Shown piece after piece: positions 46,810-55,991 of a stretch of 64,000 bases of DNA. Under the pieces are notes generated by a model that was not told where the DNA came from, did no database searches, and saw only the letters and a program-made list of their open reading frames with translations. The position numbers were made by a program, and so were the translations under genes. The DNA is taken from positions 50,675-114,674 of the forward strand of contig CALRYC010000003.1 of NCBI GenBank assembly GCA_943372295.1, given 5' to 3'. The first letter of the stretch is position 1. Each line of letters opens with the position of its first letter. The stretch comes from Chitinophaga pinensis (lineage in GTDB: Bacteria > Bacteroidota > Ignavibacteria > Kapaibacteriales > Kapaibacteriaceae).

Positions 46810-48354
46810 ATGTATGCTGCCACGCATTCGGCGTCGGTGTTTGGGATCGGTGCGCTACCGGTGGAGATCGAAGTAACGGTCGAGACCGGACTGCCGTCGT
46901 TCAGTATCGTCGGCCTGCCGGATAGTTCGGTGCGGGAATCCCGCGAGCGTGTGGTGGCGGCTCTTCATCATTCCGGGTATGCCTGGGATCCACGACGGAT
47001 CACGGTCAACCTGGCCCCGGCGGATGTTCGTAAGGAAGGCAGTTCTTTTGATCTGCCGATCGCCATAGGGATACTTCAGGCGTTGGACCTTATGGCGCCG
47101 ATCGACCTGACCGACTGCGTGCTGCTGGGTGAACTTGCCTTTGATGGTCAGATACGCCCCTCGCGAGGAATACTGCCGGTGGCCATGATGGCCAAACGCA
47201 AAGGCGTGAAACGCATCGTTGTGCCGGCGGCCAATGCCGATGAGGGGGCTGTAGTCACAGAGGTTGAAGTGTACGGGGTGACCACTCTGCGGGAGGCCGT
47301 CATGCATCTGCTGGGGTCAGCCCCCTTGGAGCGGCATCATCTCGACATCAACGAGGTCTTCCGGACCGAGTCTGCCCGACACAACATCGACATGGCCGAC
47401 GTGAAAGGTCAGCTGGCCGTCAAGCGTGCCATGGAGATCGCCGCCGCCGGCGGACATAACATGATCATGATCGGGCCGCCCGGTGCCGGAAAGACCATGC
47501 TCGCAAAACGATTCGCCACCATCCTGCCGCCTTTGAGCCTCACAGAGGCGCTGGAGACCACCACCATCCACTCCGTTGCCGGACTTCTCCCCCCAGGTCA
47601 GCCCTTGGTAACGCAGCGCCCCTTCCGAGCACCCCATCACACCATCAGTGATGCGGCTCTGGTCGGAGGGGGCGTTGGGGTGGTGCGGCCGGGCGAGGTG
47701 ACGCTTGCCCATCACGGCGTGCTGTTTCTGGACGAGGTACCCGAGTTCCAGCGGAACGTTCTCGAGGTGTTGCGTCAGCCCCTTGAGGAACGTCGAATAC
47801 GGATCTCGCGCACGCGCATGACGGTGGACTATCCAGCGAATGTGATGCTGGTGTGTTCGATGAATCCATGTCCGTGCGGACATTATGGTAGTGCCCGACG
47901 CGAGTGCAAGTGCTCGATGCAGGATGTGCAGCGATACATGGCCAAGATCTCTGGGCCGCTGCTCGACCGGATCGATCTGCATGTTGACGTGCCCTCGGTT
48001 CATGTCGAAGACCTTGCATCCGGCGAACAAGGGGAATCGTCGAGGGAGATACGCGTACGTGTTGATGCAGCACGTCGGCGACAGGAGCAGCGTTTTACGG
48101 GCAAATCACACCTGTTCAAGAACGCCGACATGTCGAGTAAGGAAGTTGAATCATTATGTGCGCTCGATGGCGAGTCTACCTCTATGCTGCGGATCGCGAT
48201 GAATGCTCTGAAGCTCTCGGCACGTGCATACACTCGCATCATCAAGGTGGCACGTACGATCGCGGATCTGCAGCAGAGTGACGAGATCATCTCCGAGCAT
48301 GTGAAGGAGGCAATACAGTACCGCAGTCTTGACCGGGCCGGATGGGGCGGGTGA
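46810..48354 (+). CDS. yifB: YifB/ComM family Mg-chelatase-like AAA+ ATPase
   Basis: Lon-protease-like N-domain, GPPGAGKTMLA, GVLFLDE, and the cysteine cluster CPCGHYGS...CKC. Confidence 0.92.
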   Translation: MYAATHSASVFGIGALPVEIEVTVETGLPSFSIVGLPDSSVRESRERVVAALHHSGYAWDPRRITVNLAPADVRKEGSSFDLPIAIGILQALDLMAPIDLTDCVLLGELAFDGQIRPSRGILPVAMMAKRKGVKRIVVPAANADEGAVVTEVEVYGVTTLREAVMHLLGSAPLERHHLDINEVFRTESARHNIDMADVKGQLAVKRAMEIAAAGGHNMIMIGPPGAGKTMLAKRFATILPPLSLTEALETTTIHSVAGLLPPGQPLVTQRPFRAPHHTISDAALVGGGVGVVRPGEVTLAHHGVLFLDEVPEFQRNVLEVLRQPLEERRIRISRTRMTVDYPANVMLVCSMNPCPCGHYGSARRECKCSMQDVQRYMAKISGPLLDRIDLHVDVPSVHVEDLASGEQGESSREIRVRVDAARRRQEQRFTGKSHLFKNADMSSKEVESLCALDGESTSMLRIAMNALKLSARAYTRIIKVARTIADLQQSDEIISEHVKEAIQYRSLDRAGWGG

Positions 48355-48390
48355 GAAACAAGACCGAGGATTGGTCTATTTTCGCCCACC

Positions 48391-49296
48391 ATGATCACCA
48401 TTGTAGGCGCTGGTAGCACAACAGGTGCTGCCCTGATTCCGATGCTTCTCGAAGAGACCGACGAGAAGTTGCAGCTGCTTTCGTCGAGGCCCCTTGCATT
48501 CGATCACGAGCGCGTTCAGATGCACGTCGTGAACGTGCGGGATAAGAACGTCCTCAAGCAGACCATCATGTCGGCTATGCCGCACACGGTCATCAACCTT
48601 GCAGCGATGACGAATGTTGACAAGTGCGAGACCGAACGTCAGATGGCGTGGGACCTTAACGTGACGCTTGTTGAGAATCTGGCTCGCATTGCGCGTGTGC
48701 TGGATGCGAAGATGGTGCAGGTCTCTACGGACTACGTGTTCGATGGTACCAAGGGTCCGTACACAGAGAATGCCGTTCCGAACCCCATCAACTACTACGG
48801 TAAATCCAAGCTGGCCGGAGAGAACATCTGTGTTGCCGGTAATACCAACTCGTTGATCGTCCGCACGAACATCATCTACGGTCCACCCAAGGAACGTCCG
48901 GACTTCGTGCGCTGGGTCCTTGATGCACTGGATGCGCAGACGCCGATCCGTGTGGTGGATGATCAGATCGGTAATCCGACGCACGTCGATGACCTGGCCG
49001 AGGTGATCATGCGTCTTGGCCTGAGCCGTCGCACGGGACTCTATCACGCCGGCGGAGCCGACACGATCTCTCGCTTTGATTTTGCCGTCAGGATCGCGGA
49101 ATTCTTCAAGCTCGATCCATCGGTGATACAGAGGGTCACTACAGCCGAGCTGGCGCAGACAGCCAAACGACCCTTGAAGCTGGGCCTTGTTTCCCTGAAG
49201 GCCGAGGCAGATCTGCGCATGCGCATGCGGGGGATCGACAGTGGACTTACTTCAATCCGTCAGTATGTGGTGCGCCACCGCGAAGAACTGTTCTGA
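48391..49296 (+). CDS. rfbD: dTDP-4-dehydrorhamnose reductase (RmlD-type SDR)
   Basis: STDYVFDG, NYYGKSKLAGE, GNPTHVDDLA. Confidence 0.8.
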   Translation: MITIVGAGSTTGAALIPMLLEETDEKLQLLSSRPLAFDHERVQMHVVNVRDKNVLKQTIMSAMPHTVINLAAMTNVDKCETERQMAWDLNVTLVENLARIARVLDAKMVQVSTDYVFDGTKGPYTENAVPNPINYYGKSKLAGENICVAGNTNSLIVRTNIIYGPPKERPDFVRWVLDALDAQTPIRVVDDQIGNPTHVDDLAEVIMRLGLSRRTGLYHAGGADTISRFDFAVRIAEFFKLDPSVIQRVTTAELAQTAKRPLKLGLVSLKAEADLRMRMRGIDSGLTSIRQYVVRHREELF

Positions 49297-49336
49297 CGGG
49301 TCTGACCACGTTCAGCTGGTGCGTAACTTTCTCGGT

Positions 49337-51763
49337 ATGCTTCGTCCGCTCCTCATTTTTCTGGCCCTTGTTTCCATAGCGACGTCTGCGCGTGCGCAGC
49401 CAGATCTTGCACCACTGAAGGTTACGACGAATACCACGCCCGTGCCGGGATATCTGCTGCTGGCGCCGAACTGCCGAGTATCTCCTCGACCTTTTGGATC
49501 CTACCTGGGTGCGTACAACGTCAACGGTGGCGTGATCAGAACCGGCAGGACAACGAACTATCCCTTCGAGTTCAAGGTATTCCCTGACGGACGTCTTGGA
49601 TATTCCGAGCTGGTGGTGTTCTCCGGGGCCTCCGTACCTGCGGGCGTCTACATCGTCGACACACTCTTTGCCGAACAGGAGCGCCTGGATCAGAAGCGTG
49701 CCGGCTACCTCACAACGCAGCACGACGTGCACATGCTGCCAAACGGACATCGCGTGATCCTTGGTGCCGAAGATGTGACCGTGGATATGAGCAACGTCGT
49801 TCCAGGCGGTCACCCCGCAGCCAACGTTGTGCAGGCAATCATTCAGGAGCTCGACGTCGAGGGCAATGTGGTGGTGCAGTGGCGTGCACTGGATCATATC
49901 CCGATCATTGACTCCTATGAAGACCTTACGGCTCCAGCCATCCGTTACTGTCACAACAATTCGCTCTGGATCGATGACGATGGCAACTGGATCGTTTCCA
50001 TGCGCCACATGTCACAGGTGATCAAGGTGAATCGCCTTACCGGAGAGGTGATGTGGATCTTTGGCGGAAAGAGCAATCAGTTCACGATCACGGGCGACCG
50101 TCCGGAAAACGCCCCAACGTTCTTCAGTTACCAGCATGATGCGCGTCGCCTGCCGAATGGCAACATCTCGCTCTTCGATAACGGAACGCAGCACACGCCG
50201 CAGTATTCCCGGGGGGTTGAGTATCGTCTTGATGAGGTCAACAAGACGGCGACCATGGTTTGGGAGTATCGTCCGCAGCCCGACATCTATGCGGGCATTC
50301 AAGGGGGCTTGCAGCCGCTGGAGAACGGACATCGACTGCTTGGCTGGGGAAGTGCCGCGTCGAATGGTTCACCGGGAGTGACCGAGGTCGACTCGCTGGG
50401 CAACGTTGTGTTCGAGGCCTACTTTCCCAAGCAGATGTTCGTGTACCGTGCCACAAAGGTTCCCATGTGGCCAACCGGACGCGCCAGTGCCACGGCGGTT
50501 GCGCGAGATGTGCTCAAAGGTGAAACGTACCGCTACTATCGCGGAACACAGTTCGTAGGTCTGCGTGCGGAATTCACTACGCTCAACTCCTTCTTCTATA
50601 ACACCACCACGGCTCGACGTTTCCAATGGTCACCCAAGAACCCGCTTTGGGATGGGGAAGCCCCCTTGCTCAAGCAGGCTCGGGTGGATATGACGGTGGA
50701 TGGGATCAAGGAGCATCGCATGACGATGCGGTTTCATGTTGATACGCTGATGCTCGGACGCGATGCGGACAAGTGCATGGTGTTTTACCGACCACAGATC
50801 GATAGTGGCCGTTTCGTGATGCTGTCGACACGATTTGATGCTTCTGCCCGCGAACTTATCGTTGAAAACGCACAGGCCGGTGAGTTTGCCTTTGGGGTTC
50901 CGGCTCCGAATCCAGGAGCTCCGCGCGAGGTGCGGCTGCAGGATCCGATCACAGACCGGCAGGTGCTTGCAGACTCTGCCTTTCCGCTGCGCGTTGCTGT
51001 TCCCGGACGCAGCGATCGCCTGCAGGTGCAGGTCGCAAAGACGACTTCGTTTACGACGCTCGTGCTTGACAGTATCAACCGTAATGACCGTGTGATCTTT
51101 CCGGCAGGGGGCGATGCAGGACGCTACTACTGGAGAGCGCGTGCGGAAACTCAAGGTCAGTGGAGTGCATGGTCCAAGGTCGATAGTTTTCTGATCACCG
51201 GACCGTATCTGACGATCACGCGTCCGGACGTGGACGTGCGCTGGATGCACGACAGTTCCTATGCGATCTCATGGCAGACCAACTTGCGCGGCAGTGTGCA
51301 GATGGATCTCATGCTCGGTGAATACGTTATCGCGTCGATAAAGGATTCTGTTCCCGCCGCTGCACAGGGCTTCCTCTGGAAGGTGCCCGTGTCTACGCCG
51401 GTATCGAAGAACTTCCAGATTCGCATCACGCCGAGGGAAGCCCCCTACGCTTCACTCAGTGCAACGTCGAAGAACTTCGTTGAGATCATAACGTTCACGA
51501 GTGTTGATGATGAGAATGAACCGTCATCTCCCGTGAGCGTTCTGCCACAGCCGGCTTCCGATGTTCTTCAGGTGAGTAATGTGGGGTCAGGCCTGAAGTC
51601 GATCCGCCTGTTCGCAGCCACTGGAGAGCAGGTCGTGAACCTGAGCTGTGATGGCACACGACGCGAGGTAGATGTGCGAGACCTGCCGCAGGGAGTGTAT
51701 CTGATGCTGGCCGACGATTATCTCGGCCGCACCTTCCGTCACCCGGTCGTGATCCAGCGATAG
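49337..51763 (+). CDS. Arylsulfotransferase-like beta-propeller protein with a Kre9/KNH-like module and a T9SS C-terminal sorting domain (paralog of 23156..25609)
   Basis: Signal peptide at an internal ATG. YQHDARRLPNGNISLFDNGT. SSYAISWQTNLRGSVQMDL. Tail LPQPASD...LPQGVYLML. Confidence 0.7.
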   Translation: MLRPLLIFLALVSIATSARAQPDLAPLKVTTNTTPVPGYLLLAPNCRVSPRPFGSYLGAYNVNGGVIRTGRTTNYPFEFKVFPDGRLGYSELVVFSGASVPAGVYIVDTLFAEQERLDQKRAGYLTTQHDVHMLPNGHRVILGAEDVTVDMSNVVPGGHPAANVVQAIIQELDVEGNVVVQWRALDHIPIIDSYEDLTAPAIRYCHNNSLWIDDDGNWIVSMRHMSQVIKVNRLTGEVMWIFGGKSNQFTITGDRPENAPTFFSYQHDARRLPNGNISLFDNGTQHTPQYSRGVEYRLDEVNKTATMVWEYRPQPDIYAGIQGGLQPLENGHRLLGWGSAASNGSPGVTEVDSLGNVVFEAYFPKQMFVYRATKVPMWPTGRASATAVARDVLKGETYRYYRGTQFVGLRAEFTTLNSFFYNTTTARRFQWSPKNPLWDGEAPLLKQARVDMTVDGIKEHRMTMRFHVDTLMLGRDADKCMVFYRPQIDSGRFVMLSTRFDASARELIVENAQAGEFAFGVPAPNPGAPREVRLQDPITDRQVLADSAFPLRVAVPGRSDRLQVQVAKTTSFTTLVLDSINRNDRVIFPAGGDAGRYYWRARAETQGQWSAWSKVDSFLITGPYLTITRPDVDVRWMHDSSYAISWQTNLRGSVQMDLMLGEYVIASIKDSVPAAAQGFLWKVPVSTPVSKNFQIRITPREAPYASLSATSKNFVEIITFTSVDDENEPSSPVSVLPQPASDVLQVSNVGSGLKSIRLFAATGEQVVNLSCDGTRREVDVRDLPQGVYLMLADDYLGRTFRHPVVIQR

Positions 51764-51775
51764 GTCAGGGGGCTT

Positions 51776-52795
51776 TCAGTACCCCGTTGGGTGACCGTTC
51801 TTCTTGCGCCACTCGATGATCGGCTTGAATGGTCCGTACTTGTGCTGTTCAGGCGAAAATCCGTCCACATAAGGAGGCCAGTAGTAGTCCACAGGCTTCT
51901 CTTTCAGGATCGGATACTCGCCATCCAGGTCCGGACGCGGACGCTCGTGCAGCTTGTCGTCGTTGACGTAGGCCGCAACGTCAAATGCCTCTTCGTCGGC
52001 GAGTACAGGTTTGTCCCAGCGCGCGATATCGTTGGGCATGTTGTACTTAATGAACTGTGCTGACTTGATCAGACGGTGCATGGATGAGCCAGGCTGGTAG
52101 GATTGCCTACCCCACAGCGGTGGGTACACGTAGGCAATACCATCTTCTTTGAGCACGCCCTGACCCTCATCACCATGACAGCGCACGCAGTGCTTTTCAT
52201 ACACCACTCGCCCCTTGATCGGATCTGCCGGACGATCCAGGAGCGTGATCTCCTTGAGACGATCACCCTCTACGTTGCCTCCTACCGGCACGTTCTTCCC
52301 AAGCCATTGCATGTAGGTGACGATGGCCACCATTTCCTTGCTGTCAAGGGGTATGGGGCGTCCATTTAGCGGACGCTCGATGCAGTTATTAACCCGATCT
52401 GCGAGGGTGAGAACCTTGCCTTCGCGAGCGCGGTACTGCGGGTAGCGGGCGTGAGCGGAGAAGTAGTTCAGGCCGTATGGACGGGTGCCGGCCTCGAGGT
52501 GACAGTTTTGACAGCCGAGGCCGTTGCCACCAAACTTGCCGACCGTCCCCTTCGGTCCCAGGTAATACGGAAAGTTGACTAGCAGTTCACGTCCGTAGCG
52601 GATCATGTCGCCTGTGGCGTTTTTCGGTATCGTCGAGGTATCGGGCGGAACAAAGATCGAATCTGCTGCTTGAGCCGGTGTTTGCTGGCTGAATTCTTCG
52701 CTCTGACGCTGACAGGAAATGGAGATCGCGGCGGCCAGACCCAGGGCGCAGAGTGCGCCTATTGTCCAACAATAGGTAGCCGATCTTTCTTCCAT
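51776..52795 (-). CDS. tsdA: Diheme c-type cytochrome, TsdA-like (thiosulfate dehydrogenase family)
   Basis: Lipoprotein-like signal at an internal ATG. CQNCH and CVRCH heme motifs. YPQYRAREGKVLTLADRVNNCIERPLNG resembles the TsdA Cys-ligand region. Confidence 0.55.
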   Translation of the reverse strand: MEERSATYCWTIGALCALGLAAAISISCQRQSEEFSQQTPAQAADSIFVPPDTSTIPKNATGDMIRYGRELLVNFPYYLGPKGTVGKFGGNGLGCQNCHLEAGTRPYGLNYFSAHARYPQYRAREGKVLTLADRVNNCIERPLNGRPIPLDSKEMVAIVTYMQWLGKNVPVGGNVEGDRLKEITLLDRPADPIKGRVVYEKHCVRCHGDEGQGVLKEDGIAYVYPPLWGRQSYQPGSSMHRLIKSAQFIKYNMPNDIARWDKPVLADEEAFDVAAYVNDDKLHERPRPDLDGEYPILKEKPVDYYWPPYVDGFSPEQHKYGPFKPIIEWRKKNGHPTGY

Positions 52796-53139
52796 GCGAT
52801 GATGCCTCCGTTCAGATTGAAGACGCGAGAATAGCCAATTGAAACGAGAAAGCTCCTCGCATCGCTGCTGCGTTTGCCGGATCGGCAATAAAGAACAATG
52901 TCCCGATCCTTCGGAAGCCTCTGCAGACGTTCATGGAACTCAGCACTGTAGTAGTCAATCTGCCGACTTCCGGCAATGTGTCCCTGACCATACTCTTCGG
53001 GCGTACGGACGTCCACAACAACAACGGATGTGTCGCGCCGCAACAGTTCAGCCAGTTGCTTCGGAGTAAGGTCGGCCCCTTCAGACATTGGCATGCACGC
53101 CATTGTGAAAAGGATGACCACAAGAAATTGCATGAGCAT
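52759..53139 (-). CDS. Secreted single-domain rhodanese (sulfurtransferase)
   Basis: Signal peptide at an internal ATG. VVDVRTPEEYGQGHI and active-site loop CRSGKRS. Confidence 0.8.
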   Translation of the reverse strand: MLMQFLVVILFTMACMPMSEGADLTPKQLAELLRRDTSVVVVDVRTPEEYGQGHIAGSRQIDYYSAEFHERLQRLPKDRDIVLYCRSGKRSSDARSFLVSIGYSRVFNLNGGIIAWKKDRLPIVGQ

Positions 53140-53160
53140 TTGATTCCCTAAATTCTCGCC

Positions 53161-54510
53161 ATGCAAAAGACTGTGATGAGGGCAAGTTGTTACATCGTGT
53201 TCATTATGATGTCCACGGTGTGCACGATGCATGCACAGGATTTCTCCGATTCATCACGGTCGATCAAGCTTCAGATCTTCGGTCAGTTCTGGGCCCGCTA
53301 CAATGAAAGCAACCCATTAACGATGCAGCAGGGGGCTCCTGTCGACAACACCTTCGACATTGGAATCCGCCGAGCCCGTGTGCAGGCCTTCTGTACAGTG
53401 AATGAGCGCACAACGCTCTTTCTGCATTACGGCTTCAACAACATGAACACCAACTTCGCCTCTTCGGGCAATCGCAAGATCCAGGCGTTCTTTCATGATG
53501 TGTTTGCCGAGTACCGTGTGTTTGACAAGAACGAGCTCAAGCTGGGAGCGGGACTTGCCTTTGTGAACGGACTCAGCCGTTATTCGCAGCCGGCTGTGAT
53601 AGCCATGCCAACGGCAGACATCCCGGTGTTCGGTCAGGCAACCGTGGAGCAGATCGACATCTTTGGACGCAAGCTCAGCCTTACAGCGCGCGGTCAGATC
53701 GGCCCGATCGATTACCGCGTGGCACTGTCTGACCCATTTCCGATCACCACAAACGGCAACCCCCAGCCGCCCCTTGGTACGTCTGCCAATTTTGCGCAAG
53801 TGGGCCACAGCCTGCAACAGCAGGCGTATGTTATCTGGCAGTTTCGAGATCACGAGCCCCATCAAGTATCAAACATGGCCGGTACCTACTATGGTCAGCG
53901 CAACATCTTCAACATTGCCGCCGGCATCATGCACCAGCCCCGCGCCATGTGGCGGGCGGTAGGGGGCGATACGTTGTACGAAGACATGACGCTGATGGCT
54001 GTCGAGTCGATGTACGATGCACCCATCGACAGAAATGGCACGACCCTGAGTGCGTATGCCGGTGTGTTCAGCAACAACTACGGTCGGAACTATCTCCGCT
54101 ATAACGGCGTGATGAATCCCGGCACGGCCAATCAGACCGGCCTTGATAGTACCGTCGTCAAGCCCCTTGCTAGCTTTGGTCCTTCTTTCGGAAACGCCTT
54201 TCCGATGTTCGGTACCGGCACGGTTGTCTACTCGCACCTCGGTGTGTACTTCCCGAAGGTACTTGGTCCGAACGGACTCATGCCGTACGTCAGCACCACA
54301 CAGGCCTGGTATCAGCGTCTTGAAGGACGTCGTACGGATATCTACCACGTGGGCTGCTCGCTGCTACTTGATGGCCTCAGGAGCCGACTCACTCTGGACG
54401 TCCAGAACCGCCCAACGTATGGTCTCTCAACGATCGACTCGCCATTCGGCGAACTCGTCGATGGTCCGCGCCGCACGCAGCTCGTGATGCAGTATCAGGT
54501 GGTGTGGTGA
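53161..54510 (+). CDS. Outer-membrane porin-like beta-barrel protein
   Basis: Signal peptide, beta-strand periodicity, C-terminal aromatic residue (YQVVW). Confidence 0.55.
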   Translation: MQKTVMRASCYIVFIMMSTVCTMHAQDFSDSSRSIKLQIFGQFWARYNESNPLTMQQGAPVDNTFDIGIRRARVQAFCTVNERTTLFLHYGFNNMNTNFASSGNRKIQAFFHDVFAEYRVFDKNELKLGAGLAFVNGLSRYSQPAVIAMPTADIPVFGQATVEQIDIFGRKLSLTARGQIGPIDYRVALSDPFPITTNGNPQPPLGTSANFAQVGHSLQQQAYVIWQFRDHEPHQVSNMAGTYYGQRNIFNIAAGIMHQPRAMWRAVGGDTLYEDMTLMAVESMYDAPIDRNGTTLSAYAGVFSNNYGRNYLRYNGVMNPGTANQTGLDSTVVKPLASFGPSFGNAFPMFGTGTVVYSHLGVYFPKVLGPNGLMPYVSTTQAWYQRLEGRRTDIYHVGCSLLLDGLRSRLTLDVQNRPTYGLSTIDSPFGELVDGPRRTQLVMQYQVVW

Positions 54511-54512
54511 AG

Positions 54513-54540
54513 CAGGTTACAGGTTGCAGGTGACAGGTTA
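54513..54540 (+). repeat. Tandem heptamer CAGGTTA-type x4 (CAGGTTA, CAGGTTG, CAGGTGA, CAGGTTA)
   Basis: Read directly. Starts 3 nt after the porin stop, between convergent genes. Confidence 0.8.
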
Positions 54541-54562
54541 CAGAGGTGGGCTGTTGCAACCC

Positions 54563-55234
54563 TCACGAAGCCTGCTTCTGCCAGTACGCCACCACATCCA
54601 CGTTGCGAGTGTCACTCTTGACGGACTCTTCGATCAGCACCGTGGCTGCGTCATTGCGACTGATCTTTGTAGAGAAGGAAAGGGGGCAATCCTGTTCGAG
54701 AAGAACAGTCGACTTCTTTCCGGGCGACGAGTTGGTAAAGAGTCCGGCGCGCACGATCGAGAAGGTAAGGCCGCTTTGGCGGATCGCGTCAATGGCCGCG
54801 GTGCGCCACTGCACGATTCCCGGCTTGATCAATCCAAGAATCTTCATCAGAAGAGAGGAGTGCGTCAGACCAAGCGTTGTCAGATAAACGAACCGACCCT
54901 TGAACCCAGCTGCCTTGGCGGCTGCGAGCACATTTGTAAGACCTTCAAAATCGACCTGCCGAATCTCTTCTTCTGAAGCGCGACGTGGTGGAACGGCCGC
55001 GGTGAAGATCACGCGTTGGACTCCTCGGAATGCTTCGCGCATGGCATCGTTGGGCTTTGTGATGTCGCAGATAACGATCTCTGCGTTACTGGTGCCAAAG
55101 AGTTGGACGGCCTTCAGCCGATTGCGGGCGATGATTCGTATCGGTTCGTTCTTCTTGAGTAGCTTCTTTGCTGTGATGAGCCCCGTTCCTGACGTCGCTC
55201 CAACGATGAGCGTAACGGGTGCGCTATCTGCCAT
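54563..55234 (-). CDS. NAD(P)H-binding SDR-like oxidoreductase (NmrA/atypical SDR type)
   Basis: VGATSGTGL Rossmann motif at the N-terminus. Confidence 0.7.
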   Translation of the reverse strand: MADSAPVTLIVGATSGTGLITAKKLLKKNEPIRIIARNRLKAVQLFGTSNAEIVICDITKPNDAMREAFRGVQRVIFTAAVPPRRASEEEIRQVDFEGLTNVLAAAKAAGFKGRFVYLTTLGLTHSSLLMKILGLIKPGIVQWRTAAIDAIRQSGLTFSIVRAGLFTNSSPGKKSTVLLEQDCPLSFSTKISRNDAATVLIEESVKSDTRNVDVVAYWQKQAS

Positions 55235-55344
55235 GATTCAATCTCCAAGCGTTGATGTAGTTCCCAGCGTTTTTTCAGGACGGCAAACCTAGTGAAAAAA
55301 TTCCGTAGCGATGACGTCAAGTACCGGTTCGGTAAATTCACAGA

Positions 55345-55896
55345 GTGAAAAAACACCTTCGCGATGGTTACCACCTGATCCCTCTTTCGGAAGAGGAATT
55401 CTATGCCGTATACGCCGAACGAGAGTCGTTGTACTTCAGCTCAAGCACTCGCGACGACATCGACGCAGGAATGAGCGACGAGCAGCGCCAGCGTGTGGTG
55501 GAACGCCGGCGTGCATACCCTTCAGCCGAACGTTTTCAGTGGGGGATCTACTTCGGCGATGAGATCATCGGGTGGACAGTTGCACAGCAAAGTGACCACG
55601 ATACACTCTTGATGCGTAACACAGCCATCGACCCCGCACATCGAGGAAGGGGGCTATACACAGCCCTGTTGCCGATAGTGATCGAACATGCTCGCGTTGG
55701 CGGTTATCAAAGAATTCAGTCAACACACCTTGCCGCAAACAACCCGGTGATCGTGCCAAAGCTCAAGGCCGGCTTCATCATTACCGGTCTGAACGTCAAC
55801 GAAAAGTTCGGCTTGCTCGTCACGCTGACGTATTTCCTAACAGAGGGCCGGCATCAGCTGGCACTGAACCGCATCGGGTTTCTGAATGACCGATGA
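55345..55896 (+). CDS. GNAT family N-acetyltransferase
   Basis: GTG start. HRGRGLYTALLPIVIEHA acetyl-CoA motif. Confidence 0.7.
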   Translation: MKKHLRDGYHLIPLSEEEFYAVYAERESLYFSSSTRDDIDAGMSDEQRQRVVERRRAYPSAERFQWGIYFGDEIIGWTVAQQSDHDTLLMRNTAIDPAHRGRGLYTALLPIVIEHARVGGYQRIQSTHLAANNPVIVPKLKAGFIITGLNVNEKFGLLVTLTYFLTEGRHQLALNRIGFLNDR

Positions 55897-55939
55897 CGAA
55901 TGACGGATGACCGATGACGAGTGACAAATGTTGATGACT
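55884..55939 (+). repeat. Tandem heptamer array, NGATGAC-type, about 8 units
   Basis: Read directly. The first units overlap the last codons and stop of the GNAT gene. Confidence 0.85.
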
Positions 55940-55991
55940 GGTTGTACCCATCGTACCGAATTGCCACGGTAACCGTTACAACAGGATTGCC

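Noticed and set aside
47317-51250. Long antisense ORFs (47317..48030, 48376..49047, 49247..50008, 50630..51250; similarly 8408..9037, 17386..17913, 33582..34142, 36781..37341)
   Set aside because: Each lies opposite a gene with strong family motifs. Their products are Arg/His/Pro-rich low-complexity sequence, typical of spurious reverse-frame ORFs in moderately GC-rich DNA.
54524-54976. 150-aa plus-strand ORF downstream of the porin
   Set aside because: It is antisense to the SDR-like oxidoreductase, which has a clear Rossmann motif. It begins inside the CAGGTTA repeat.
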